Positions 16,358-25,461 of a DNA stretch of 32,000 nt are shown in pieces. The stretch covers positions 840,001 through 872,000 of the forward strand of contig NC_016012.1 of NCBI RefSeq assembly GCF_000283555.1. Reading direction: 5' to 3'. Numbering within the stretch: position 1 is the first letter of the stretch; every line of letters begins with the position of its first letter. Origin of the DNA: Candidatus Arthromitus sp. SFB-rat-Yit (GTDB lineage Bacteria; Bacillota; Clostridia; Clostridiales; Clostridiaceae). A program made the translations under genes and the position numbers. The notes under the pieces were generated by a model. It did no database searches. It was not told the DNA's origin and saw only the letters and a program-made list of their open reading frames with translations.

Positions 16358-17419
16358 TTATTCATTTATTTTCAATTGAAGCCTTATTTGCTTATTATTT
16401 CTTACCACCAAAACATTCAATGTGTCTTGTATAGTTTTCTTAAGTTCATTTATTTGATCAATAGAAAATATTTTTGTTCCGTTAAATTCAACAACGCTAT
16501 CTCCTGGCATTATTCCAAGTCTATCTGATAAAGATCCCCTTTCTACTTCAACAACAAATATTCCAGATGAAACACCAACTTTAAATGGTAATTGATCAGT
16601 TATATTAACCCCAGATAATCCTAAAGTTATAACTGGTGTGCTTAATTCTTCAAGTTTAAGCTTTGCAATACTTATAGGAATTGACAAACCAATTCCTTCA
16701 ACACCATCAACTGAAATTTTTGCAGTATTAATACCGATTACCTCACCTCTTAGATTAAGTAAAGGGCCTCCACTATTTCCAGGGTTTATTGCAGCATCTG
16801 TCTGTATAAATGTTGAAATACCATTTTTTGTCTCAACTTTCCTTGATAACCCACTTATAATACCAACTGTTGAACTTCCACTAAATGATAAATCAAGTGG
16901 ACTTCCTATAGCAATTACCCATTCACCAACTCTTATATTATCTGAAGATCCAAATTGAAGAACTGTTGGACTTGCAAATCCTGGTGTCGTAACTTCTAAA
17001 AGAGCAATATCATTAGTAACATCCGTGTTTATTACTTTTGCATCAAGCCTCTGTCCATTGTAAAGTATTATGTTAACAGTTGAAGCGTTAAGTACAACAT
17101 GTTGATTTGTTAAAATTCTAGTAGGAGTTATAAAAAATCCACTTCCTATACCACTAACTTGATTAGTCGTATTATAAGAATCTACAATAGAATTAACACT
17201 TACTGTTACAACTCCTGGACTTAATGCCTCTATTATATCTGCAATACTATTATGTTTAGGTATCATTTTTTCTTCTAAGCTAGATTGATCTGCTGAAACT
17301 TTAGCATCATTTTGGTTTTGAAGTTTACTATATACGCTTGTACCAAAACTAAATAAACTTAAAGATACAATTAATAACAACGCTACATAAATAACTGATA
17401 CAACACTTCTCTTTTTCAA
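16358..17419 (-). CDS. htrA: HtrA/DegP-family serine protease with one PDZ domain, membrane anchored
   Basis: N-terminal TM anchor. Catalytic triad contexts TNQHVV, NDIALLEV and GNSGGPLLN. C-terminal PDZ-like region (GIFVVEVERGSLSDRLGIMPGDSVVEFNG). TTG start 8 nt after AGAGGTG. Confidence 0.9.
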   Translation of the reverse strand: MKKRSVVSVIYVALLLIVSLSLFSFGTSVYSKLQNQNDAKVSADQSSLEEKMIPKHNSIADIIEALSPGVVTVSVNSIVDSYNTTNQVSGIGSGFFITPTRILTNQHVVLNASTVNIILYNGQRLDAKVINTDVTNDIALLEVTTPGFASPTVLQFGSSDNIRVGEWVIAIGSPLDLSFSGSSTVGIISGLSRKVETKNGISTFIQTDAAINPGNSGGPLLNLRGEVIGINTAKISVDGVEGIGLSIPISIAKLKLEELSTPVITLGLSGVNITDQLPFKVGVSSGIFVVEVERGSLSDRLGIMPGDSVVEFNGTKIFSIDQINELKKTIQDTLNVLVVRNNKQIRLQLKINE

Positions 17420-17555
17420 ATCTGCTACACCTCTTTTTATTTTAAAAGTTAAAAAATTATTATAATAATTAAGTATTAACTAAAACTAATAAAAAAATAT
17501 ATATGTTTAAAATAATTTTAAAATATTGTTTTAATAAGATGATTAAATAAACTTT

Positions 17556-18716
17556 TTACATACTCTTCTTTAATATTTCTCTAACATCGTCACGAACTAA
17601 TTCAACATATTCTCCTATTTTATCATTAATTGGAAATGTATTTTCTACTAAAATTTCTAAACTATCTTCTGTAATGCCACATTCTTTCAAAGATGTTTGT
17701 ATACCAATGCTTTTGAAAAATTCTTTAAACTTATTTGCAACCTTATGACAAAATTCAATATCTCTAAGTCCACCTTGTTCAAAATCAAATAGTTTTTTAC
17801 CTAATTTAATAATCTTATCTGGCTTTTTAGTTGCAACATATTCCATCCAATTCGGAGTAATTATAGCAAGTCCAACCCCGTGAGGAATATCAAATATACC
17901 ACTAACAGAATGTTCAATCTCATGAGTAGCCCAATCACCACCTGCAACAGATAAAGTTCCATTCAATCCTACAAACGAAGTATACATCATTGCTTCTCTT
18001 AACTCATAATTATTTAAATCATTTAATAATTTAGGTGCTATTTCCATCATGTATCTAATAGAAGATTCACAAAATCTATCAACAAGTTCTCCATTTTCTC
18101 CAGCATTAAAGTATTGTTCCAATAAATGCGATATAGTATCAACAATACCATTTACTGTTTGATTACGTGGGACACTAATCGTATATGTTGGATCTAATAT
18201 CGAAAAAACCGGAAAAGTAAACGGTCTATGTGCAAATCCTACTTTTTGATTATTCTCATCATTTGTAATAACACTATTAGGATTCATCTCTGTACCTGTT
18301 GCAGACAACGTCAAAATAGCCCCCAAAGGTATCCTATCAGTAGGAGTTTCTCTCTTGATTATTAAATCCCACACATCTGCATCACTCTTTGCTCCAATAG
18401 AAATAGCCTTAGATGCATCAATTACACTTCCACCTCCTACGGCTAAAATTAATTCAATATTTTTATCTTTACATATCTTAATTCCACTTTTCACACTGGA
18501 TAGTTTTGGATTTGGTTCAATACCACTCAATTCATATATTTCACAATTTAATTTCTTAAGCATAGATATAATTTCATCATATAAACCATTCTTCTTTATA
18601 CTTGAAAATCCATAAGTTAATAATACCTTAGTTCCTTCCATGATTTCTTTTTTTAAAACTTCTATCTTCCCTTTTCCAAAATAAACCTTGGTTGGATTAT
18701 AAAATTCAAAATTCAT
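17556..18716 (-). CDS. Iron-containing (group III) alcohol dehydrogenase, butanol dehydrogenase/YqhD-like
   Basis: 386 aa. GGGSVIDASKAI, metal-binding His cluster (HEIEHSVSGIFDIPHGVGLA). RBS AGAGGTGA. Confidence 0.9.
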   Translation of the reverse strand: MNFEFYNPTKVYFGKGKIEVLKKEIMEGTKVLLTYGFSSIKKNGLYDEIISMLKKLNCEIYELSGIEPNPKLSSVKSGIKICKDKNIELILAVGGGSVIDASKAISIGAKSDADVWDLIIKRETPTDRIPLGAILTLSATGTEMNPNSVITNDENNQKVGFAHRPFTFPVFSILDPTYTISVPRNQTVNGIVDTISHLLEQYFNAGENGELVDRFCESSIRYMMEIAPKLLNDLNNYELREAMMYTSFVGLNGTLSVAGGDWATHEIEHSVSGIFDIPHGVGLAIITPNWMEYVATKKPDKIIKLGKKLFDFEQGGLRDIEFCHKVANKFKEFFKSIGIQTSLKECGITEDSLEILVENTFPINDKIGEYVELVRDDVREILKKSM

Positions 18717-18762
18717 CTAATCACCTCTTTTTAATACTTGTAAATAATTATACCTCATACTA

Positions 18763-18794
18763 AAATAAAAAAACAGATTGATTAAATCAATCTG
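18763..18794 (-). terminator. Rho-independent terminator after the second sepF paralog
   Basis: CAGATTGAT-TAA-ATCAATCTG (18774-18794), 9-bp perfect stem. The minus strand continues TTTTTTTATTTTA. Confidence 0.7.
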
Positions 18795-18809
18795 CTTTCT
18801 AAATATGTA

Positions 18810-19268
18810 CTATTTATTCCATTCTAGGATGGATTTTTTAGTATCTTTATTTTCCTCATTTTTAGAAGTTAACTCTATGTTAAACGGAACAAAAACATAT
18901 ATTCCTTTTTCAATTTCCTGAAGCTCAGCATTCAAAACATAACTTGCCCCACATAAAAAATCTAACATCCTATAAGATATTTTACTATCTAAAGCAGTTG
19001 TGTTAATCAAAACAATTTTTCTTTCTTTCAAATCTTCACATATTCCTAAAACATCACTGTAAACAACAGGTTTAATAATTTTCATTTTTGTATCACTATA
19101 AAATCCGTCACCTCCTCCTTTCTTAATTATAGATTTAAGATTCGTAACTTTACCATAGTCATTACTTTTTGTATCATTATCAGATTCCACATCTCCATCG
19201 AATTCAAATTCACCATCTTTAAGACCAAAAAACCCCCAAACTTTATCAGCAGCATTTTTCAATCCCAT
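18810..19268 (-). CDS. sepF: SepF-family cell division protein, second paralog
   Basis: 152 aa. N-terminal amphipathic helix [18 protein letters not shown], low-complexity linker, C-terminal SepF (DUF552) core [53 protein letters not shown]. Strong RBS AAGGAGGGG. Confidence 0.85.
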   Translation of the reverse strand: MGLKNAADKVWGFFGLKDGEFEFDGDVESDNDTKSNDYGKVTNLKSIIKKGGGDGFYSDTKMKIIKPVVYSDVLGICEDLKERKIVLINTTALDSKISYRMLDFLCGASYVLNAELQEIEKGIYVFVPFNIELTSKNEENKDTKKSILEWNK

Positions 19269-19437
19269 AAATACCCCTCCTTAATCACATACCTAACTAC
19301 ACTATACAAAACTAACTTACTATAGTTCTTAATCTATTGTTATCCATTCCAGTGAAATATATTTTGAATTAAACAATAACATTTTTTGAAGGTGATTTCT
19401 GTGATTCCTGAGATATTATGGGAATATTGGTTTTTCT

Positions 19438-20343
19438 TTAGCTCAGGTTCTCAATTACATTTTTAAAATGTTCCGGAAGATTTGATTTAAATTCAATATA
19501 TTTCTTTGTCTTAGGATGAACAAAACCAATAATTCTTGCATGAAGCAATTGACCTTCTTTATAAATATTATCTTTCTTAAGTCCATACAAAGGATCTCCC
19601 ACCAAAGGAAAACCTATATGGCTCATATGAACACGAATTTGATGAGTTCTTCCAGTATATAATTTACACTTAATGAGAGTACATCTTCTATATCTTCTCA
19701 AAACTTTATACTCGGTTATTGCCTCTTTACCCTTTTGTACAACCCCCATCTTAATTCTATCTTTCGGATTCCTCCCAATATTTGTTTCAATTAATCCTTT
19801 AGATTTTTTAATAATTCCATGAACCAATGCCACATATTCACGTTTAATTGAATGAACTTTAAACTGCTCACCCAAAAATTTATGTGCAAAATCATTTTTA
19901 GCCACAACAATAAGTCCAGAAGTATCTTTATCAATTCTATGTATTATCCCTGGACGCTCAACACCATTTATAGAAGATAAATCTTTACAATGATACATAA
20001 GAGCATTAACAAGTGTATCTTTATAAACATTTTGTGCTGGATGTACAATCATTCCCTTCGGCTTATTTATAATGATTATATCACTATCTTCATAAACAAC
20101 ATCAAGTACTATATTTTGTTCAAGAACTTCAAGGCGTTTAATCTCAAAATCTAAAATTGAAATTTCATCACCCATTCTCGTCTTATAACTAGCTTTAACA
20201 CTTTTCCCATTAACAAATATTTTTTCATCATTAATAAGTTTCTGGACAAAACTTCTAGTATAAACATCACCAAAATACTCTAAAACAAATTTATCAATTC
20301 TCTCACTTAAATTCTTTTCATTATTAACAATAATTTTTTCCAT
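19438..20343 (-). CDS. rluD: 23S rRNA pseudouridine synthase, RluA family (RluD/YlyB-like) with N-terminal S4 domain
   Basis: HRIDKDTSGLIVVAK catalytic motif, S4-like N-terminus, GRTHQIRVH. I start it at ATG 20343 (GGGAAGGG upstream). The ORF-track TTG at 20373 lies inside the U-tract of the divIVA terminator. Confidence 0.9.
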   Translation of the reverse strand: MEKIIVNNEKNLSERIDKFVLEYFGDVYTRSFVQKLINDEKIFVNGKSVKASYKTRMGDEISILDFEIKRLEVLEQNIVLDVVYEDSDIIIINKPKGMIVHPAQNVYKDTLVNALMYHCKDLSSINGVERPGIIHRIDKDTSGLIVVAKNDFAHKFLGEQFKVHSIKREYVALVHGIIKKSKGLIETNIGRNPKDRIKMGVVQKGKEAITEYKVLRRYRRCTLIKCKLYTGRTHQIRVHMSHIGFPLVGDPLYGLKKDNIYKEGQLLHARIIGFVHPKTKKYIEFKSNLPEHFKNVIENLS

Positions 20344-20365
20344 AAAGCCCTTCCCATAATTATAT

Positions 20366-20406
20366 AAAAACAAAAAAGCACCTAACGAAACAATCTCCTA
20401 GGTGCT
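20366..20406 (-). terminator. Candidate rho-independent terminator after divIVA
   Basis: AGCACCTA (20377-20384) pairs with TAGGTGCT (20399-20406) around a 14-nt loop. The minus strand continues TTTTTTGTTTTTA. Confidence 0.55.
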
Positions 20407-20418
20407 AACTAAACAAAT

Positions 20419-21117
20419 TTAACTCTCACTTATAAAAAACTTCTTTATATTCTCAAGATCTGAATCAACATCTTCTGATGTCTTAAGTCTTGATGATGAA
20501 TCTTCATTTTCAAAAGAATTCGCACTAAATTTTGTTTGTACAGATATATCATTTTCATTAGATATTACCTCTGTCGTACATTCTTCTATTTCCTTATCTT
20601 TAAAATCTCTATCATTGTTTTCAAAGCTTGTCCTATCATTAACTTTATTTATATTATAATTCTTAATAAAATCTTTCTCCAAATCTTCAAAGGTATCCAT
20701 TTGAACAGTAATAAAGTTTCTAAATTTTGCTCTAAATTTCACAAATTCTTGCTTAAGTCTATCATACTCTTGAGTTATAGAAACAACATCAGTATGAGCT
20801 TTATCCAAAATCTTTTTAGCTGAATCATTTGCATGCTTAATAACCATATCAGCTTCTTTTTGAGAAGAAACTTTCGCTTGTTCAGCAGCATTCTGAGCTA
20901 ATAACAAAGTGTTTTGAATAGTTGACTCAATCTTTGAATAATGCTCAATTTTTTCATTCATTGCATTAATCTTTTCTTTTAAAAGAGAATTTTCCTTAAA
21001 AAGTTCTTCATAATCTTCCACAATTTGATCTAAAAACTCATCTACTTCTTCAGGATCATACCCCCTAAGCATTTTTCTAAACTCTTTATTTGTAATATCA
21101 ACCGGAGTTATCTTCAC
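20419..21117 (-). CDS. divIVA: DivIVA with extended acidic C-terminal tail
   Basis: KITPVDITNKEFRKMLRGYDPEEVDEFLDQIVEDYEEL is the DivIVA lipid-binding N-domain, followed by coiled coil. The ORF-track start GTG 21126 is inside the RBS GAGGTGA. The second GTG at 21117 gives MKITPVDI..., the usual DivIVA N-terminus. Confidence 0.9.
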   Translation of the reverse strand: MKITPVDITNKEFRKMLRGYDPEEVDEFLDQIVEDYEELFKENSLLKEKINAMNEKIEHYSKIESTIQNTLLLAQNAAEQAKVSSQKEADMVIKHANDSAKKILDKAHTDVVSITQEYDRLKQEFVKFRAKFRNFITVQMDTFEDLEKDFIKNYNINKVNDRTSFENNDRDFKDKEIEECTTEVISNENDISVQTKFSANSFENEDSSSRLKTSEDVDSDLENIKKFFISES

Positions 21118-21140
21118 GCTCTTCACCTCAAACCATAAAT

Positions 21141-21917
21141 TTAAATAAATTTGTCTACAATGATCTTGTTTTTATTTTTAGATGTACTTCCTAAAATCTC
21201 TTTAAATTTAAATTTACCAAATCCAGTTACGACGATTATATCATTTTCACAAATTTTTTTATCTGGATTTGATTCAATAATTCCATTTATTTTAATCTTA
21301 CCTTCCTTTACAAGAAGCTTAGACTTTTCCCTAGAAACATTTGTTAAGGACGATATTATATTATCAATACGTAATGACGACACAACTTTATATAAAATTT
21401 CGAATCTCTTCTGAGGCAACCTATTAAATAACTCAACAGCAACATTAACCGGAGAATGTTTAACTTTTATCAAATTTTGAATTATATAATCTACAAAATC
21501 AATAACTACTGGCACATAGACAGAATTATTCTCTATGACTAAATCGCCCATCTTTTCTCTCGAGAAGCCTAACGACATAATACTTCCCAAAAAATCCCTA
21601 TGCGATAATTTATTGAACTTATCGTTATAAGATATTTTTAACACCTTCGCAACATCATCAAAAATCGAGAGATCAATCTCACCTATTGAAAAAGCGATCA
21701 AGCATCTCTCGGCATCATCAACAAAACCATAACATAAAACATTAAGCTCTTTAGTTGATAAAAAACTTTTAAGAACATTGCATACATTGACCGTATAAAA
21801 TTCATTTGTAATCATCGTTTTTCCACTTTTAAGTGCAGATACATACAATGAAAATAGCTTGTTCGCATCTTCAATAGAATTACCACAGCTTTTTATAAAA
21901 TCATTCTTAGATAACAA
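21141..21917 (-). CDS. ylmH: YlmH-like RNA-binding protein (C-terminal S4 domain)
   Basis: 258 aa. C-terminal S4 motif RIDNIISSLTNVSREKSKLLVKEGKIKINGI. Located between sepF and divIVA as in Bacillus. TTG start 3 nt after the sepF stop, which suggests translational coupling. Confidence 0.8.
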   Translation of the reverse strand: MLSKNDFIKSCGNSIEDANKLFSLYVSALKSGKTMITNEFYTVNVCNVLKSFLSTKELNVLCYGFVDDAERCLIAFSIGEIDLSIFDDVAKVLKISYNDKFNKLSHRDFLGSIMSLGFSREKMGDLVIENNSVYVPVVIDFVDYIIQNLIKVKHSPVNVAVELFNRLPQKRFEILYKVVSSLRIDNIISSLTNVSREKSKLLVKEGKIKINGIIESNPDKKICENDIIVVTGFGKFKFKEILGSTSKNKNKIIVDKFI

Positions 21918-21920
21918 TGT

Positions 21921-22394
21921 TTACTTTGCCCAACTAAACAAACTACTCTTAGTTTGTATTTCTTTTTTAAGCTCATTTGTGACTTCAACATTTGAAGGAG
22001 CTAATATGTAAATTGATTTTTCAACTTCTTGAAACTCAGCATCAAGAGCATAGCTTGCCCCACATAAAAAGTCAACTGTTCGCTGAGCAACCTTAGGTTC
22101 TAAAATTGTCGCATTAACAATAACTATCTTTCTGTTTTTTAAATCATCACAAATACCCAATACTTCCTCATATGCAACAGGCTTTATTATAGTCATTCGT
22201 GCTAAACTATTTCCCGTATGCAAGTTAACAACTTTATTGTTTAAATTTTGTGATTCTGATGTATTATTTTGTTTATTCATCGAAAAAATCTCATCATTAT
22301 TTTTTTGTTTTTCTTCCCTTTCTAAGGAATCTTCATATTCATCCTTTAAACCAAAAAAGCCCCACACCTTTTCAGCTGCATTCTTTAATGCCAT
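21921..22394 (-). CDS. sepF: SepF cell division protein (dcw-linked copy)
   Basis: 157 aa. [18 protein letters not shown] membrane-targeting helix. C-terminal core [54 protein letters not shown]. Confidence 0.9.
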   Translation of the reverse strand: MALKNAAEKVWGFFGLKDEYEDSLEREEKQKNNDEIFSMNKQNNTSESQNLNNKVVNLHTGNSLARMTIIKPVAYEEVLGICDDLKNRKIVIVNATILEPKVAQRTVDFLCGASYALDAEFQEVEKSIYILAPSNVEVTNELKKEIQTKSSLFSWAK

Positions 22395-22491
22395 AATATC
22401 TCTTACCTTCCCCCATAAATTTCACATTATTTTAGTTAAATATTCTACATTTTTTTTTAAAATCCTTCTCAAAATATATAAAAATTTTATA

Positions 22492-23256
22492 TTATTGAAT
22501 CGAAATAATAGGATGATTTTTAGTCCTAACATCAATATATCCTGTCATCTTACTATATCCTTCATTAGAATTAATAGTATTTATAACTATATTAAATTTT
22601 TGTCTAAGATCCGAATTCTTTCCTATTTTAATTATTATATTTTTATATCCAATAATAACGTTATGGATATCTGTCAAATCAACGTAATCAAACTTTACAT
22701 TTGTTTTATTTAATTCAAGTAAATCACTTATACTCCTAATCCAATCTAACTCTCTGCTCCCATCTTTCAACAATTGATCTCCAATATTCAAGTTTCCTGA
22801 AAAATCAATTCCCTTTATTTCCATAATATCAAGATCTTCTATATAATCTCGTACATCAACAAGCCTCAAATTAGAATCTAATATATAAAATGAATTATTA
22901 TATGGAATATAATAATCCACTTTCTTTTCTTCGATAATGATATCCAATTTATTAGGAAAAATTTTTTTATACATAACCCCATCAACATATTTATTTTGTC
23001 TTAAAACAGAGAGGTTCTGCTCTATTGAATAAAACAGAATATTTTTATTATATAAAATATTTAATTCTTGCTTCACGTAATCCGCAGACAAAAGTTTATT
23101 TCCCACAATATTAATATACTTTATATTAAACAGAGGAGAATTGATTAAAACCAATAAAAATATTACAAATATTAAAAATAGTAAAATAATTCTCCTGATC
23201 AAAAATATTCTTCGTCTTCTTATTAATCTGTTCTTATTTATTATTTTATTATCCAT
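22492..23256 (-). CDS. ftsQ: FtsQ/DivIB cell division protein
   Basis: 254 aa. Basic cytoplasmic head (RRRRIFLIRR), one TM segment, POTRA-like IKYINIVGNKLLSADYVKQEL, then an FtsQ-type beta domain. Sits at the dcw position after ftsW. Confidence 0.85.
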   Translation of the reverse strand: MDNKIINKNRLIRRRRIFLIRRIILLFLIFVIFLLVLINSPLFNIKYINIVGNKLLSADYVKQELNILYNKNILFYSIEQNLSVLRQNKYVDGVMYKKIFPNKLDIIIEEKKVDYYIPYNNSFYILDSNLRLVDVRDYIEDLDIMEIKGIDFSGNLNIGDQLLKDGSRELDWIRSISDLLELNKTNVKFDYVDLTDIHNVIIGYKNIIIKIGKNSDLRQKFNIVINTINSNEGYSKMTGYIDVRTKNHPIISIQ

Positions 23257-23278
23257 AATAACGTAAGCTACCTCTTAA

Positions 23279-24439
23279 TTACCATTTAACCCTATTTCTA
23301 GATACATTTAAAAGAATTCCAACAGCTGTCATATTAAATAACAGGGACGACCCTCCGTAGCTTATGAATGGAAGCGGAACTCCAGTAACAGGCATAGTAC
23401 CCGTAACAACAGCCAAATTTATAATTGCCTGTATTGCAATAACAGATGTTATTCCCATCGCAAGTAATGTACCAAAATTATCTTTACATTTTATAGAAAT
23501 AACCACTCCTCTCCATATCAAAATCCCAAATAAAAATATAATTATTATTCCTCCTAAGAATCCTGTTTCTTCTGCTATAACCGAAAATATAAAATCATTA
23601 TGTGGCTCAGGTAAATAATACGCTTTTTGCCTAGACATTCCAAATCCCAACCCTAAAAATCCACCTGATCCAAGAGCTAATAGCGACTGGATTAATTGAT
23701 ATCCATCTCCTCTAGGGTCTGCCCACGGATCCATAAAACTAAGTAATCTCTTTAATCTATACGGAGCTACAAGTATAAGTGTCATACCAGCAGCAAGACC
23801 AATCCCTCCGAGCGTAAAAAGATGTTTCTTTTTAGCCCCTGATACTGTTATGAGAATAAATGCCACAAACATTATAACTGAAGTTATACTTAGGTTTTTT
23901 TCTGCAAGAACAAGACCTGCAAATATCCCAGCTACCATAAGTGTTGGAAATACTCCTGACCAAAAGTTCTTTATCCCATCACCTTTTTTATCTAAACTTC
24001 TAGCAAGATATATAACAACTACATACTTAGCCATTTCAGACGGCTGAAGTGACAAAGGTCCTAATTGTATCCATCTTTGAGCTCCATTTATTGGAGGAAA
24101 CAAAAAAACAAGCAATAATAGTAGTATTGTTATACCCATAAGTACGATTACAAGCCTTGGATTTTTGAATTTATGATAGTCCCACTTTATAAAAAAGACT
24201 ATAGCTGCTGCACCTACAAATACAAAAACCAATTGTCTTTTTAAATAATACATGCTATCTTGAAGCTCATTAGCAGCCCTATAGGAACTTGCACTATATA
24301 TCATTATCGCTCCAACTGCAACAAGAAGTATTACTGTATAGAATAAAATATAATCAATCTCACCATGAGCTTTATTCAATTTAAAAAGCCTAGATATTCT
24401 AGTACTTTTAATATCCAATTCATTTTCTTTATTCCCCAT
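23279..24439 (-). CDS. ftsW: SEDS-family peptidoglycan polymerase FtsW/SpoVE
   Basis: 386 aa, polytopic. GAQRWIQLGPLSLQPSEMAK, YLPEPHNDFIFSVIAEETGFLG, PLPFISYGGSS. RBS AAGAGG. Confidence 0.92.
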   Translation of the reverse strand: MGNKENELDIKSTRISRLFKLNKAHGEIDYILFYTVILLVAVGAIMIYSASSYRAANELQDSMYYLKRQLVFVFVGAAAIVFFIKWDYHKFKNPRLVIVLMGITILLLLLVFLFPPINGAQRWIQLGPLSLQPSEMAKYVVVIYLARSLDKKGDGIKNFWSGVFPTLMVAGIFAGLVLAEKNLSITSVIMFVAFILITVSGAKKKHLFTLGGIGLAAGMTLILVAPYRLKRLLSFMDPWADPRGDGYQLIQSLLALGSGGFLGLGFGMSRQKAYYLPEPHNDFIFSVIAEETGFLGGIIIIFLFGILIWRGVVISIKCKDNFGTLLAMGITSVIAIQAIINLAVVTGTMPVTGVPLPFISYGGSSLLFNMTAVGILLNVSRNRVKW

Positions 24440-24455
24440 ACAACCCCCACTCCTT

Positions 24456-25433
24456 TCACAGCACTATCCAAGATAAAATACATGCTATTAATGTGATTGC
24501 ACCAAAAACACAAACAATTTTATTTTCACTCCAACCCAAATGTTCAAAATGATGATGTATCGGTGCCATTTTAAACACCCTTTTCTTCGTACACTTGTAA
24601 ACTAAAACTTGAATAATAACGGATAATGTTTCAATAACATAAATGATCCCAACAAAAACTAAAACAAATTCTATTTTCAATATAAAAGCAATAGCAGCAA
24701 CTGCCCCTCCTAAAGCAAGAGATCCTGTATCGCCCATAAAAACTTTAGCGGGATTAATATTAAATATTAAAAACGCCATCAAAGCTCCAACGAGTATAAA
24801 AGCGAAAACACTTAAATGTATCTTTCCAAACATAAATCCAATTACAAACAGAAACAACAATACAATTATTGTTACAGTTGTAGCTAATCCATCTAACCCA
24901 TCGGTTAAATTAACAGCATTAGTTACACCAGTAAAATAAATAAATAAAAATGGTACATAAAAATAAGATAGATTTATATAGCCGTTTAAAAATGGAATAT
25001 ATATGACTTTAAGATCTTCATAATCTTTCGTAACCAAATATATACCCAACGTTATAAGAATGAGAAAAAACATCTTTTGGTATGCTCTCAATCCTAAATT
25101 GTTCTTCCTCAATATTTTAAGATAATCATCTAAGAAACCAATGAATCCAAAGGCTAAAAATATACTCAAAGCTATAAATTCTTCTCCATCAGATGTTTCA
25201 GCAAAAAACACAGAATATAAAATCGTAACTACTGTTGTAGCCAATATAAAAATTAGACCACCCATCGTTGGAGTTCCCTGTTTCTTAAAATGGGATTGTG
25301 GTCCTTCTTCCCTTATACTTTGTCCATATTTCATACGATGTAAAATTGGGATTAAACCTTTGCCTAATATGTACGCTAAAACAAATGAACAAATCAAAGG
25401 AAGAACTAACAATAGTAACATTTCCATAAACAC
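24456..25433 (-). CDS. mraY: Phospho-N-acetylmuramoyl-pentapeptide transferase
   Basis: GQSIREEGPQSHFKKQGTPTMGG, NAVNLTDGLDGLA, MGDTGSLALGG, PIHHHFE. GTG 25433 or ATG 25427 as start. Neither has an adjacent SD, but a hairpin may bridge a distal one (see findings). Confidence 0.93.
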   Translation of the reverse strand: MFMEMLLLLVLPLICSFVLAYILGKGLIPILHRMKYGQSIREEGPQSHFKKQGTPTMGGLIFILATTVVTILYSVFFAETSDGEEFIALSIFLAFGFIGFLDDYLKILRKNNLGLRAYQKMFFLILITLGIYLVTKDYEDLKVIYIPFLNGYINLSYFYVPFLFIYFTGVTNAVNLTDGLDGLATTVTIIVLLFLFVIGFMFGKIHLSVFAFILVGALMAFLIFNINPAKVFMGDTGSLALGGAVAAIAFILKIEFVLVFVGIIYVIETLSVIIQVLVYKCTKKRVFKMAPIHHHFEHLGWSENKIVCVFGAITLIACILSWIVL

Positions 25434-25437
25434 GCCT

Positions 25438-25461
25438 AAACTTATACGTCCATATAAGTTT
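25438..25461 (-). other. Perfect 9-bp hairpin between the murF stop/SD-like element and the mraY start
   Basis: AAACTTATA-(6 nt)-TATAAGTTT. The minus-strand context is GGGAGGGA-CT-[hairpin]-AGGC-GTG. No U-tract, so it is not a terminator. Confidence 0.6.

Noticed and set aside
20344-20365. TATAAT hexamer at 20353-20358 as a dedicated rluD promoter
   Set aside because: The best upstream -35 candidate (TTAGGT) is only 15 nt away and lies in the terminator stem. A transcript from here would retain barely 10-12 nt of leader. It is kept only as a possibility within a finding.
22237-22713. 158-aa plus-strand ORF spanning the sepF 5' end, the intergenic gap and the ftsQ 3' end
   Set aside because: Ile/Phe/Asn-rich AT-driven translation, antisense to two conserved division genes, no RBS.
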